A stretch of 24,000 bases of DNA from Vineibacter terrae (GCF_008039615.1 NZ_VDUZ01000001.1:156834-180833); one strand, 5' to 3'. Positions 1 through 9,981 are shown, counted from the stretch's first letter. Notes: a model not told the origin generated them from the sequence alone. Made by a program: numbers and translations.

Positions 1-570
1 CTTGCCCCAGAGATAGCCCCAGACGTTGTCGGTCAGCACCGCGTCCGGCTCGAACCGCCGCAGCAGCGCATGCATCGAGTGCGTGCGCTCGCGCACGGCG
101 CCGTCGATCTCGCCCACCACCACGGCGCCGCGGTTGCCGAACAGGATGCGTCCTGGCCCCAGCCAGTCGGCGCCGAAATTGACGAAGCAGCCCATGGTGC
201 GGGCGGCGCCGACGCGCCGGGCGATGGCGATCTCGTTCAGGCCGTTCTGCGCCGACAGCACGTAGCCGTCCGGCGCCAGGTGCGGCGCCAGGTCCTCGAG
301 CGCAGCCTCGGTGGCATGCGCCTTCACCGCCAGCACGATGCGCCCGTAGATGCCTTCGAGCGCGTCGGGCGTCACCGCCGGGATGACCTGGGTGAAGGTG
401 TCGACCGGCCCTTCGATGGCGAGGCCGGATGTGCGGCAGGCCTCGACATGCTCGCGCACGACGTCGACCAGCAGCACCGGCACGCCGGCCCGCGCCCAGA
501 AGGCGCCCAGCGTGCCGCCGATCGCGCCGGCGCCCCAGATCAGGATCGGCTCCTGGGCTTGTCGGCTCAT
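1..570 (-). CDS. 2-dehydropantoate 2-reductase (ApbA/PanE) family oxidoreductase, N-terminal ~190 aa; 3' end runs off the window
   Basis: Not in the ORF track because there is no stop in the window. My reverse-complement translation from ATG 570-568 reads MSRQAQEPILIWGAGAIGGTLGAFWARAGVPVLLVD... It has a GxGxxG Rossmann motif, then ...LSAQNGL... and ...NVWGYLWGK, the ketopantoate-reductase family pattern. The start overlaps the upstream stop as ATGA (567-570). Confidence 0.7.
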   Translation of the reverse strand, partial: MSRQAQEPILIWGAGAIGGTLGAFWARAGVPVLLVDVVREHVEACRTSGLAIEGPVDTFTQVIPAVTPDALEGIYGRIVLAVKAHATEAALEDLAPHLAPDGYVLSAQNGLNEIAIARRVGAARTMGCFVNFGADWLGPGRILFGNRGAVVVGEIDGAVRERTHSMHALLRRFEPDAVLTDNVWGYLWGK

Positions 571-1520
571 GCGCCCCCCATGTCGATGACGTCCTTGTGC
601 GTGGCGACCCTGAGCCTGCCGTCGGCCGCGATCCAGCCCCGCGCCATGCCCAGCGTGTTGAAGGGCATCGCGACATTGCCCGCGGCATCGACCGCGACCA
701 GGCCGGCGCCGATGCGATGCGAGGACAGCATATCGAGCACCAGCGCGTCGGTCGCCTGGCGCAGCGTCTGGCCGGCATAGGACATGCGGGCCACGACATC
801 GTAGGCCGCGACGCGGCGCATGAAGACCTCGCCCTGGCCGGTGCACGACACCGCGCACACGCCGTTGCGGGCATAGGTGCCGGCGCCGATCACGGGCGTG
901 TCGCCGACCCGCCCTGCCGGCTTGTTGTTGAAGCCGCCGGTCGAGGTCGCCGCCGCCAGGCGCCCGTCGCCATCGAGCGCCACGGCGCCGACCGTGCCAT
1001 GGCGCTCGGCCTCGGAGGCCAGCGCGATGGTGCCGCGCGCGGCACGGGCCTTCAGCGCCGCCAGCGCCTGCACCCGGCGCTCGGTGGTGAAGTAGCCGTT
1101 GCCGACGCATGCCAGTCCGTGGGCCTGCGCAAAGGCATCGGCGGCGGCGCCGGCCAGCAGGACACAGTCCGAGCGCTCCATGACGGCGCGCGCCGCGCGC
1201 ACCGGATTGCGGATGGTGCGCACGGTGCAGACGGCGCCGGCCGCCATGGTGGCGCCGTCCATGATGCTGGCGTCGAGCTCATGCACGGCATCCTCGGTCA
1301 GGGCGGCGCCATGGCCGGCATTGAAATGCGGGCTGTCCTCCAGGACGACCACCGCCGCCTCGACGGCATCGAGCGCCGCTCCGCCCGCCGCCAGGATCCG
1401 CCACGCCGCGCGCAGCGCGGCGGCCAGGTGCGCCCGGGTCTCGGCCCAGTCGGCCGCGCTCTGCAGATCGGCGGCCAGGGTGCCGCAGCCGCCATGGATG
1501 GCGATGACCGGTGAAGGCAT
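567..1520 (-). CDS. iaaA: isoaspartyl peptidase / L-asparaginase (Ntn-hydrolase, plant-type asparaginase family)
   Basis: ORF track 567..1646 trimmed to ATG 1520 (MPSPVIAIHGGCGTL...), with GGAGA 8 nt upstream. Contains HGTVGAVALD, the autoprocessing Thr-nucleophile motif of this family. The 42-codon N-terminal extension in the track is translated repeat element. Confidence 0.88.
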   Translation of the reverse strand: MPSPVIAIHGGCGTLAADLQSAADWAETRAHLAAALRAAWRILAAGGAALDAVEAAVVVLEDSPHFNAGHGAALTEDAVHELDASIMDGATMAAGAVCTVRTIRNPVRAARAVMERSDCVLLAGAAADAFAQAHGLACVGNGYFTTERRVQALAALKARAARGTIALASEAERHGTVGAVALDGDGRLAAATSTGGFNNKPAGRVGDTPVIGAGTYARNGVCAVSCTGQGEVFMRRVAAYDVVARMSYAGQTLRQATDALVLDMLSSHRIGAGLVAVDAAGNVAMPFNTLGMARGWIAADGRLRVATHKDVIDMGGA

Positions 1521-1533
1521 GGTGGTTATCTCC

Positions 1534-1658
1534 CCTCCCCCAACGCAGTCGGGGAGGTGGCCGAAGGCCGGAGGGGGAGCCGACGTGATGCTCCTTACCA
1601 AGGCCACGTCGGGTCCCCTCCGCCCCCTCCGGGGGCACCTCCCCACTGCGTGGGGAGG
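1534..1658. repeat. Family-A palindromic intergenic element, copy 1 (~125 nt, three hairpins)
   Basis: CCTCCCC-loop-GGGGAGG hairpins at both ends flank a long imperfect central stem (GGTGGCCGAAGGCCGGAGGGGGAGCCGACGTG ... CACGTCGGGTCCCCTCCGCCCCCTCCGGGGGCACC). A near-identical core recurs at 18851-18978. Confidence 0.85.
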
Positions 1659-1667
1659 AAGATGGGG

Positions 1668-3260
1668 TTACTTCGCCGGCCGGATGTTCATGGCCAGGGT
1701 GTCCTCGTCGACCCGGGGCGTGACCGTGACCTTGGCCTTCTGCATGGCCCAGGCCGAGCCCACCGAGACCAGCGACAGCCGCGGCCGGTCGGCCGCGACG
1801 ATCTCGTTGGCACGTTCCAGCAAGGCCCGGCGCCTGGCGTCATCCATCTCGACCGCGGCGTCCTGCAGGACCTTGTCGAGCTCCGGGTTCTTGTAGCCCA
1901 GCACGTTGAAGGCGCCCATCCGCTTCTCCTTGTCGTTGGAGTGCGCCACCGACGAGAGCGTGTAGTGCGCCTCACCGGTCAACGTGCCCCAGCCCGACAT
2001 CGCCATCGAGTAGTCGCCGCGCGTGCGGGCCGGGAAGAACACGGCGCCGGGCTGGGCGTTGGCCTGGGCGTCGATGCCCACCGCCGCCAGCATCTGCGCG
2101 ATCGAGGTGCCGACCTGGCGGTCGCCCGGCAGCCGGTCGCTGGTGAAGCTCAGCGTCACCTTGAAGCCGTTGGCATAGCCCGCCTCGGCGAGCAATTTCC
2201 TGGCGCGGGCCGGGTCGTATTTCGGCTCGGGGACCTTCTTGCTGTAGCCGAAGATGTTGGGCGTCACGAGCTGGTTCTGTGGCTTGCCCAGGCCCTCCAT
2301 CGCGATCTCGGCCAGCGCCTTGCGGTCGATCGCGATGTCGATCGCCTCCCGCACCTTGGGGTTCTGCAGCGGGTTCTTGTCGAGCGCCGAGCCGTCCTTG
2401 GCGGTGACCTGGGCCGGCTTGTCGCGCAGGTCCAGCTCCATGTTGAAGATGTAGACCGTGTCGACCTTCACCACGGCGAGCTTGGAGTCGCGCTCCAGCA
2501 TCGGCACGTCGGACGCCGGCGCCCGCACGATGAGGTCGACCTGGCCGGCCTTGAGCTGGGCCACGCGCGCGGCGTCGTTGGCGATCTCCTTGCGCACATG
2601 GCGCTGCCACGGCTCCTTGGGGCCCCAGTAGCCGTCGAAGCGCTCGAGCACGAGCTGCTCCTTGGGCGTCCAGGAGACGAACTTGTAGGGCCCCGTGCCG
2701 ATGGCGGCCTTGCCGGAATTGAACGCCTCGTTGGCGGTGTCCCTGGTCAGGCCGGAAGCCGCCTTGTGCGAGACGATGAACAGGCGGATGAAATCGTTGG
2801 GCAGGCTGGGCGCCGGCCCGTCGGTGATGATGTGGACGGTGTGCGCATCGATGATCTTCGTCTCCTTCACGCGCCGCACGTAGATCGTGGTCGGGTTGGG
2901 GCCGGCCACCACCGGGATGCGCTCGATCGAGAACTTCACGTCCTCGGCCGTGAAGTCGGAGCCGTCGTGGAACTTCACGCCCTGGCGCAGCTTGAACTCC
3001 CAGGTCGTGGCATCGATCGCCTTCCAGCTCAGCGCCAGCCGCGGCTCCAGCTGCAGCGCGTCGCCCGACCACACCAGCGTGTCGAACACGTGCTTCAGCG
3101 CCTCGGCGTGCGTGCCGGTAGCGGTGAAATGCGGATCGATGGATTCGGGGCCGGCGCGCACGCCGATGGTCAGCGTCTGCGCCAACCCCGGCAGCGGCGC
3201 CAGGGCCAGGCTGCCGGCCGCCAGCAGCACGGCGGCAATGTGACGTCCCCAGATCTTCAT
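1668..3260 (-). CDS. ABC transporter substrate-binding protein, family 5 (peptide/nickel, DppA/OppA/GsiB-like)
   Basis: 530-aa ORF with the signal peptide MKIWGRHIAAVLLAAGSLALAPLPGLAQ. Length and sequence are typical of SBP_bac_5 proteins. ATG 3260-3258 overlaps the marR-family stop as ATGA. Confidence 0.9.
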   Translation of the reverse strand: MKIWGRHIAAVLLAAGSLALAPLPGLAQTLTIGVRAGPESIDPHFTATGTHAEALKHVFDTLVWSGDALQLEPRLALSWKAIDATTWEFKLRQGVKFHDGSDFTAEDVKFSIERIPVVAGPNPTTIYVRRVKETKIIDAHTVHIITDGPAPSLPNDFIRLFIVSHKAASGLTRDTANEAFNSGKAAIGTGPYKFVSWTPKEQLVLERFDGYWGPKEPWQRHVRKEIANDAARVAQLKAGQVDLIVRAPASDVPMLERDSKLAVVKVDTVYIFNMELDLRDKPAQVTAKDGSALDKNPLQNPKVREAIDIAIDRKALAEIAMEGLGKPQNQLVTPNIFGYSKKVPEPKYDPARARKLLAEAGYANGFKVTLSFTSDRLPGDRQVGTSIAQMLAAVGIDAQANAQPGAVFFPARTRGDYSMAMSGWGTLTGEAHYTLSSVAHSNDKEKRMGAFNVLGYKNPELDKVLQDAAVEMDDARRRALLERANEIVAADRPRLSLVSVGSAWAMQKAKVTVTPRVDEDTLAMNIRPAK

Positions 3261-3820
3261 TGTGCTTCCTCCTGTTCGACTTGCGCCGGCCAGCCCGGCG
3301 AATCACTCACCAGATGCGCGAGCAGCTTGGACAGCACCTGCCGCTCGGCCTGCGTCAGCGCGGCGAGCATGCGCCGCTCGCGCTCCAGCATCGCCGGCAA
3401 GGTCTCATCGACGATGCGGCGGCCTTCGGCCGCCAGCCGCAGGCCGTAGCGCCGCCGGTCGAGCGGATCGGCGGCCCGGCGGATCAGGCGCCGGCGCAGC
3501 AGCTTCTGGATGGCGCGGCTGAGCGTGTTCTTGGGGAAGCCCGAGGACTGGCAGATGTCGTTGGCCGAGATGCCGTCCTTCAGGAACAGCGAATAGAGCA
3601 CGACATATTCCGGCCGCATCAGGCCGTAGCGCCGCTCGATCCAGCCATAGACCGGCGTGTTGAACTGCAGGCCCAGGTAGTTGATGCGGAAGGAGAACCA
3701 GCATGGGTTCTCCCACAGCTTCACGGCGATGACGGGATGCAGCTCAGGCGCCTGGGGCCCGGGAAAGCGGGCGATGGTGCCGGAAGATTTGCGTTGCGGG
3801 CCTGCCGCCATGCCGCCCAT
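3257..3820 (-). CDS. MarR-family transcriptional regulator
   Basis: The ORF track 3257..3868 starts at a TTG. I prefer ATG 3820, with ATG 3811 also possible. The winged-helix region ...ISANDICQSSGFPKNTLSRAIQKLLRRRLIRRAADPLDRRRYGLRLAAEGRRI... is typical MarR. The exact start is uncertain. Confidence 0.8.
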   Translation of the reverse strand: MGGMAAGPQRKSSGTIARFPGPQAPELHPVIAVKLWENPCWFSFRINYLGLQFNTPVYGWIERRYGLMRPEYVVLYSLFLKDGISANDICQSSGFPKNTLSRAIQKLLRRRLIRRAADPLDRRRYGLRLAAEGRRIVDETLPAMLERERRMLAALTQAERQVLSKLLAHLVSDSPGWPAQVEQEEAQ

Positions 3821-3826
3821 CCAATT

Positions 3827-3842
3827 AGTTCCATATGGAACT
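3827..3842. promoter_or_regulatory. Perfect 16-bp palindrome AGTTCCATATGGAACT in the divergent promoter gap; candidate MarR operator
   Basis: The reverse complement equals the forward sequence (hand-checked). It lies 6 nt upstream of the candidate marR ATG (3820) and 55 nt upstream of the creatininase-family ATG (3898). It sits in the AT-richest stretch of this gap. Confidence 0.45.
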
Positions 3843-3897
3843 TGACGATACTTGCAGCCCTTGGTCAAGTGGTCCGGCCGGAACCGGAAGCAGGCCC

Positions 3898-4599
3898 ATG
3901 AAGATCGCCGACATGAACTGGATGCAGGTCGAGGCCCGCGTGGCGGACGACGACCGCTGCGTGCTGCCGATCGGCAGCGTCGAGCAGCACGCCTATCTCA
4001 GCCTGTGCGTCGACATGATCCTGTCGGAGAAGGTGGCGGTCGATGCCGCCGCGCCGCTGGGCGTGCCGGTCTACCCGGCGGTGCCGTTCGGGCTCACGCC
4101 CTACTTCGCCGATTTCCCGGGCACCGTGACGCTGCGGCTGTCGACCTATGTGGCCCTGATCGAGGACATCCTGGAGAGCCTGTATCGCACCGGGTTCCGC
4201 CGCATCGTGGTGGTGAACGGCCATGGCGGCAACGGCCCGATCCAGGGGCTGTTCAAGGAATGGGTGGCGCGGCGGCAGGATGCGCGCATCAAGTTCCACG
4301 AATGGTGGAAGGCGCCGCGGACATGGGCCAGGACGATGGCCATCGACCCGGCGGCATCGCATGCGAGCTGGATGGAGAGCTTCCCCTGGACGCGCGTCGC
4401 CGGCGCGGTGGCGCCCGACGCCGCCAAGCCGCAGGTCGACATGGCGCGGCTGCAGACCGCCAACCCGGCCGAGGTGCGCGCCATCATCGGCGACGGCAAC
4501 TTCCACGGCCGCTACCAGCGGCCCGACAGCGACATGCTGGCGCTGTGGCAGGTCGCCGTCGAGGAGACACGGGCGGTGATCGAGACGGGTTGGCCTTAG
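3898..4599 (+). CDS. creatininase-family amidohydrolase
   Basis: ORF track 3835..4599 trimmed to ATG 3898 (MKIADMNWMQVEARV...). Family motifs are PIGSVEQHA and VVVNGHGGN. Confidence 0.8.
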   Translation: MKIADMNWMQVEARVADDDRCVLPIGSVEQHAYLSLCVDMILSEKVAVDAAAPLGVPVYPAVPFGLTPYFADFPGTVTLRLSTYVALIEDILESLYRTGFRRIVVVNGHGGNGPIQGLFKEWVARRQDARIKFHEWWKAPRTWARTMAIDPAASHASWMESFPWTRVAGAVAPDAAKPQVDMARLQTANPAEVRAIIGDGNFHGRYQRPDSDMLALWQVAVEETRAVIETGWP

Positions 4600-4616
4600 G
4601 GCATGCCCGGCGTGAT

Positions 4617-4694
4617 CCTTTCGGACCGCGCGCGTCCACGCGCGCTCATGATCCGGCGCTGGCGCGCCGGTGCGCGCGCGGGCGCGCGCGGTCC
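4617..4694. repeat. Family-D palindromic element, copy 1
   Basis: The terminal inverted repeat GGACCGCGCGCG (4623-4634) / CGCGCGCGGTCC (4683-4694) encloses the hairpin CCGGCGC-tggc-GCGCCGG. The left end CCTTTCGGACCGCGCGCGTCCACGCG matches the reverse complement of 12154-12180. Confidence 0.7.
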
Positions 4695-4711
4695 CAGAAG
4701 TTGACGGACCC

Positions 4712-5680
4712 ATGCTCGGCTTCCTGATCCAGCGCTTCCTGCAGGCGATCGTGGTGCTGGTGGTGATCGCGGCGCTGGTGTTCCTCGGCGTGTTCGCGAT
4801 CGGCAATCCCATCGACGTGCTGATCTCGCCCGACGCCACGCAGCAGATCCGGCTCGACACCATCGCCCGCTACGGGCTCGACCAGCCGCTGTGGCAGCAA
4901 TACCTCGCCTTCCTCGGCCGCCTGGCGCAGGGTGATCTCGGCCGCTCCTTCGTGTTCAACATGCCGGTGCTCGACCTCGTCCTGTCGCGGCTGCCGGCGA
5001 CGCTGGAGCTGACCCTGGCGGCGGTGGCCGGGGCGACGCTGCTGGGCGTGCCGCTGGGCATGTTCGCGGGCTACCGCCCGCACAGCAAGGTGGCGAAGCT
5101 GCTGATGGGCCTGTCGATCCTGGGCTTCTCGGTGCCGACATTCTGGATCGGCCTGGTGCTGATCCTGGTGTTCGCGGTGTCGCTGGGCTGGCTGCCGGCC
5201 GGCGGACGCGGCGAGACGGTCACGGTGCTGGGCGTCGAATGGAGCTTCCTGACCCTGGATGGCCTGAAGCACCTGCTGCTGCCGGCCGTCAACCTGTCGC
5301 TCTTCAAGCTGGCGATGATGATGCGGCTGGCGCGTGCCGGCACGCGCGAGATCGTGCTCACCGACACGGTGAAGTTCGCGCGCGCCTCGGGCCAGTCGGA
5401 GTGGACGATCCTGCGGCACCACGTGCTGCCGCTGATATCGATCCCGATCGTCACGGTCTTCGGCCTGGAGTTCGGCTCGACCCTGGCTTTCGCGGTGGTG
5501 ACGGAGACGATCTTCTCCTGGCCCGGGCTGGGCAAGCTGATCATCGAGTCGATCCAGAGCCTCGACCGGCCGGTGATGGTGGCCTACCTGATGCTGGTGG
5601 CCTGCCTGTTCATCGTCATCAACTTCCTGATCGACCTCGCCTATGCGGCGCTGGATCCGCGCATCCGGGCGCGGCGCTGA
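4712..5680 (+). CDS. ABC transporter permease (DppB/OppB/GsiC-like)
   Basis: ORF track 4670..5680 trimmed to ATG 4712 (MLGFLIQRFLQAIVVLVVI...), the canonical N-terminus of this permease family. The protein is multi-TM and hydrophobic. Confidence 0.9.
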   Translation: MLGFLIQRFLQAIVVLVVIAALVFLGVFAIGNPIDVLISPDATQQIRLDTIARYGLDQPLWQQYLAFLGRLAQGDLGRSFVFNMPVLDLVLSRLPATLELTLAAVAGATLLGVPLGMFAGYRPHSKVAKLLMGLSILGFSVPTFWIGLVLILVFAVSLGWLPAGGRGETVTVLGVEWSFLTLDGLKHLLLPAVNLSLFKLAMMMRLARAGTREIVLTDTVKFARASGQSEWTILRHHVLPLISIPIVTVFGLEFGSTLAFAVVTETIFSWPGLGKLIIESIQSLDRPVMVAYLMLVACLFIVINFLIDLAYAALDPRIRARR

Positions 5681-5682
5681 GC

Positions 5683-6561
5683 ATGGACGCCGACGCGCCC
5701 TTCCTGCGCTTCTGGGCGGCGTTCCGCGAGAACCGCATCGCGCTGGTGGCGCTTGCCGTCATCGTCGCGATCGCGCTGCTGGCCGTGCTGGCGCCGTTGA
5801 TCGCGCCGCAGGACCCCTATGACCTGGGCCGGCTGGTGCTGAGCGATGCCCGCCGCCCGCCCGGCCATGTCGGCAGCGGCGGCTATGTCCACTGGCTGGG
5901 CACCGACGCGCAGGGCCGCGACCTCTTCTCGGCGATCCTCTACGGCCTGCGCATCTCGGTGCTGATCGGCGTCGCCGCCGGCATCGTCGCCTTCGTGATC
6001 GGCGCCACGATGGGCGCCACGGCGGCCTTCGCCGGCGGCCGCAGCGAGATGCTGATCATGCGCTTCGTCGACCTGCAGCTGTCGCTCCCCGCCATCCTGC
6101 TGGCGCTGGTGCTGGCGGCCGTGCTGGGCCAGGGACGCCTGCAGATGATCGCGGCGCTGGTGGCGGCGCAATACGCCTATTTCGCGCGCACCGCGCACGG
6201 CGCCGCCGCCACAGAGCGCGCCAAGGACTATGTCGAGGCGGCGCTGTCGACGCCGCTGCCGGCGCGCACGGTGCTGTTCCGGCACATCCTGCCCAACTGC
6301 CTGCCGCCGCTGATCGTGGTGGCCACGGTGCAGGTGGCCAACGCCATCGCGCTGGAGGCGACGCTGTCGTTCCTCGGCGTCGGCCTGCCGGTGACCGAGC
6401 CGTCGCTGGGCATGCTGATCGCCAACGGCTTCCAGTACCTGCTGTCGGGCCGCTACTGGATCTCGATCTATCCCGGCGTCGCGCTGATCATCCTGATCGT
6501 CGCCATCAACCTGGTGGGCGACCAGGTCCGCGACCAGCTCAACCCGCGGCTCAAGCGATGA
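5683..6561 (+). CDS. ABC transporter permease (DppC/OppC/GsiD-like)
   Basis: This is the in-frame 3' part of ORF 5239..6561. ATG 5683 lies 2 nt after the upstream stop. It has the WLGTDAQGRDLFSAILYGLRIS motif typical of DppC/OppC. Confidence 0.9.
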   Translation: MDADAPFLRFWAAFRENRIALVALAVIVAIALLAVLAPLIAPQDPYDLGRLVLSDARRPPGHVGSGGYVHWLGTDAQGRDLFSAILYGLRISVLIGVAAGIVAFVIGATMGATAAFAGGRSEMLIMRFVDLQLSLPAILLALVLAAVLGQGRLQMIAALVAAQYAYFARTAHGAAATERAKDYVEAALSTPLPARTVLFRHILPNCLPPLIVVATVQVANAIALEATLSFLGVGLPVTEPSLGMLIANGFQYLLSGRYWISIYPGVALIILIVAINLVGDQVRDQLNPRLKR

Positions 6562-6571
6562 AAGCGACCAT

Positions 6572-6650
6572 GTCATCCCGAGCGCAGCGAGGGATCTCCT
6601 GCGGCAAGAGGCTCCGCTTCCGGGAGATCCCTCGCTGCGCTCGGGATGAC
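6572..6650. repeat. Family-B palindromic element, copy 1 (28-bp perfect arms)
   Basis: GTCATCCCGAGCGCAGCGAGGGATCTCC (6572-6599) pairs with its exact reverse complement (6623-6650) across a 23-nt loop. Identical arms recur at 10490-10574. Confidence 0.9.
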
Positions 6651-6664
6651 GGGCTGGTCGAGCC

Positions 6665-8652
<1,988 letters not shown>

Positions 8653-8661
8653 GCAGCGCCG

Positions 8662-8736
8662 CTCGGAGCGCGGGCCTCTGGCCCGCTCTTGTGTCGGCGC
8701 TACGCGCCGATGCGGGCGGGACGCCCGCGCTCCGAG
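8662..8736. terminator. GC-rich nested inverted repeat between convergent genes (candidate bidirectional terminator / palindromic element)
   Basis: CTCGGAGCGCGGGC (8662-8675) pairs perfectly with GCCCGCGCTCCGAG (8723-8736). It encloses the small hairpins TCGGCGC-tac-GCGCCGA and GCGGGCG-gga-CGCCCGC. There is no U-tract on either strand. Confidence 0.35.
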
Positions 8737-8749
8737 GGAATGTCTGCGA

Positions 8750-9964
8750 TCACGCCATCGCCGGGGCGCGGGAGAAGCGGCGGATCTGCAGCACGGTGAC
8801 CACGTTCAGCAGGTAGATCACGAAGGCGCCCCAGAAGATGGCGTGCGGCAGGTGGTGGTCCATCAGCCAGCCGAACACCGGCGGCCCGACCATCGAGCCG
8901 ATGTCGAGGCCGGAATAGACGAAGCCGAACACCTTGCCCGAGGCGCCCGGCGGCGTGGCGCCGCGCACGATCATGTCGCGCGACGGGCCGGTGAGGCCGC
9001 CAGCGAAGCCGCTCAGCGCCATCAGCGGCAGCACCAGCCACACCGGCACCGCGCCGGTCGCGATCAGCGCCGTGAGCGCGCCGGCCACGAACAGCCCGAT
9101 CGCCGCCACCGTGTCGTGGCGCGTGGCGCGGTCGGCGATCCAGCCGCCGAACACCACGCCGACAGCCGAGCCCAGCAGCAATGCGGTGAGCGCGGCGGCG
9201 GCCGCCTCCAGGCCGATCGGAAACATCTCGCGCAGCGCTGGCACGGCGAACTGCTGGATGCCGACCACCGTGATGGCGATGAAGGCGAAATACAGCATGC
9301 AGATCAGGATCGGTGCCGTCAGCAGCGACGCCATCTCGAAGCGCGGCGCAGCCCGCTGGTCGCCGCGCGCCAGGCGGTGATCGACCATCACGCTGCCCTG
9401 GCTGGCCACCGCCAGTGCAAGCAGGAACCCGGCCGCCGCCGCGATCAGGGCGGTCACGTGCCAGCCCACTGCTTGCGCGAGGAAGTAGATCACCGGCGCC
9501 GCCGGCACCCAGCCCAGGGTGCCGCCCAGGCCGTGCGCGCTATAGGCGCGCCCCAGCCGGCTGGCGTTCACCGAAGCGTTGAGGATGGCAAAGTCGGCGG
9601 GGTGGAAGACACAGTTGCCGATGCCGGCCAGCGCCACGATGGGCACCAGCGACCAGAAGCCCGAGGCGACGCCGGCGATGAGGACGAAGGCGCTGGCGGT
9701 CGCGAGCAAGCCGAAGGCCAGCACCGGACGGGCGCCGAAGCGATCGACAGCAAAGCCGGCCACGGTCTGCATCAGCCCGGAGACGCCGTAGAACACCGCG
9801 CCCAGCGCGCCGACCTGGGCATAGCTCATGCCGAAATCCGGCATCACGACGATCAGCAGCGTCGCCAGCGCGAGCTGATAGAAATGACTTAAGCCGTGGG
9901 CGATGCCGATGATGCCGATGACGCGTGCATCGCGCGCGAACGACTGAGACACCGCGACCGACAT
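8750..9964 (-). CDS. MFS transporter
   Basis: 404-aa polytopic hydrophobic ORF. The MFS loop motif G-x-x-x-D-R-x-G-x-R is present as AGFAVDRFGARP. GGAG lies 5 nt upstream of ATG 9964. Confidence 0.85.
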   Translation of the reverse strand: MSVAVSQSFARDARVIGIIGIAHGLSHFYQLALATLLIVVMPDFGMSYAQVGALGAVFYGVSGLMQTVAGFAVDRFGARPVLAFGLLATASAFVLIAGVASGFWSLVPIVALAGIGNCVFHPADFAILNASVNASRLGRAYSAHGLGGTLGWVPAAPVIYFLAQAVGWHVTALIAAAAGFLLALAVASQGSVMVDHRLARGDQRAAPRFEMASLLTAPILICMLYFAFIAITVVGIQQFAVPALREMFPIGLEAAAAALTALLLGSAVGVVFGGWIADRATRHDTVAAIGLFVAGALTALIATGAVPVWLVLPLMALSGFAGGLTGPSRDMIVRGATPPGASGKVFGFVYSGLDIGSMVGPPVFGWLMDHHLPHAIFWGAFVIYLLNVVTVLQIRRFSRAPAMA

Positions 9965-9981
9965 GGCAACTCCACCAAAGC

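Noticed and set aside
567-1646. N-terminal extensions of ORF-track calls into repeats or upstream genes (567..1646, 3835..4599, 4670..5680, 5239..6561, 7606..8652, 10127..10486, 10864..12066, 14857..16527, 17508..18917, 19933..20781, 20885..21712, 21498..23006, 23032..23991)
   Set aside because: In each case an internal ATG or GTG gives the family-typical N-terminus or signal peptide. Most also have a Shine-Dalgarno sequence or a stop/start overlap. The extra codons translate repeat elements or the preceding gene.
1557-3449. Long antisense or alternative-frame ORFs opposite real genes (e.g. 1557..3449 +, 1972..3306 -, 429..1514 +, 3865..4863 -, 4646..5422 -, 5641..6816 -, 8333..9892 +, 10936..12216 -, 12235..13608 -, 14869..16410 +, 16488..17618 -, 17772..18746 -, 18846..19820 -, 21390..23180 +, 22762..23892 +, 22916..23959 -)
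   Set aside because: These are typical high-GC shadow ORFs. They are Arg/Ala/Gly/Pro/His-rich with no recognisable motifs. Each overlaps a gene on the other strand or frame that has clear family signatures and proper third-position GC bias.
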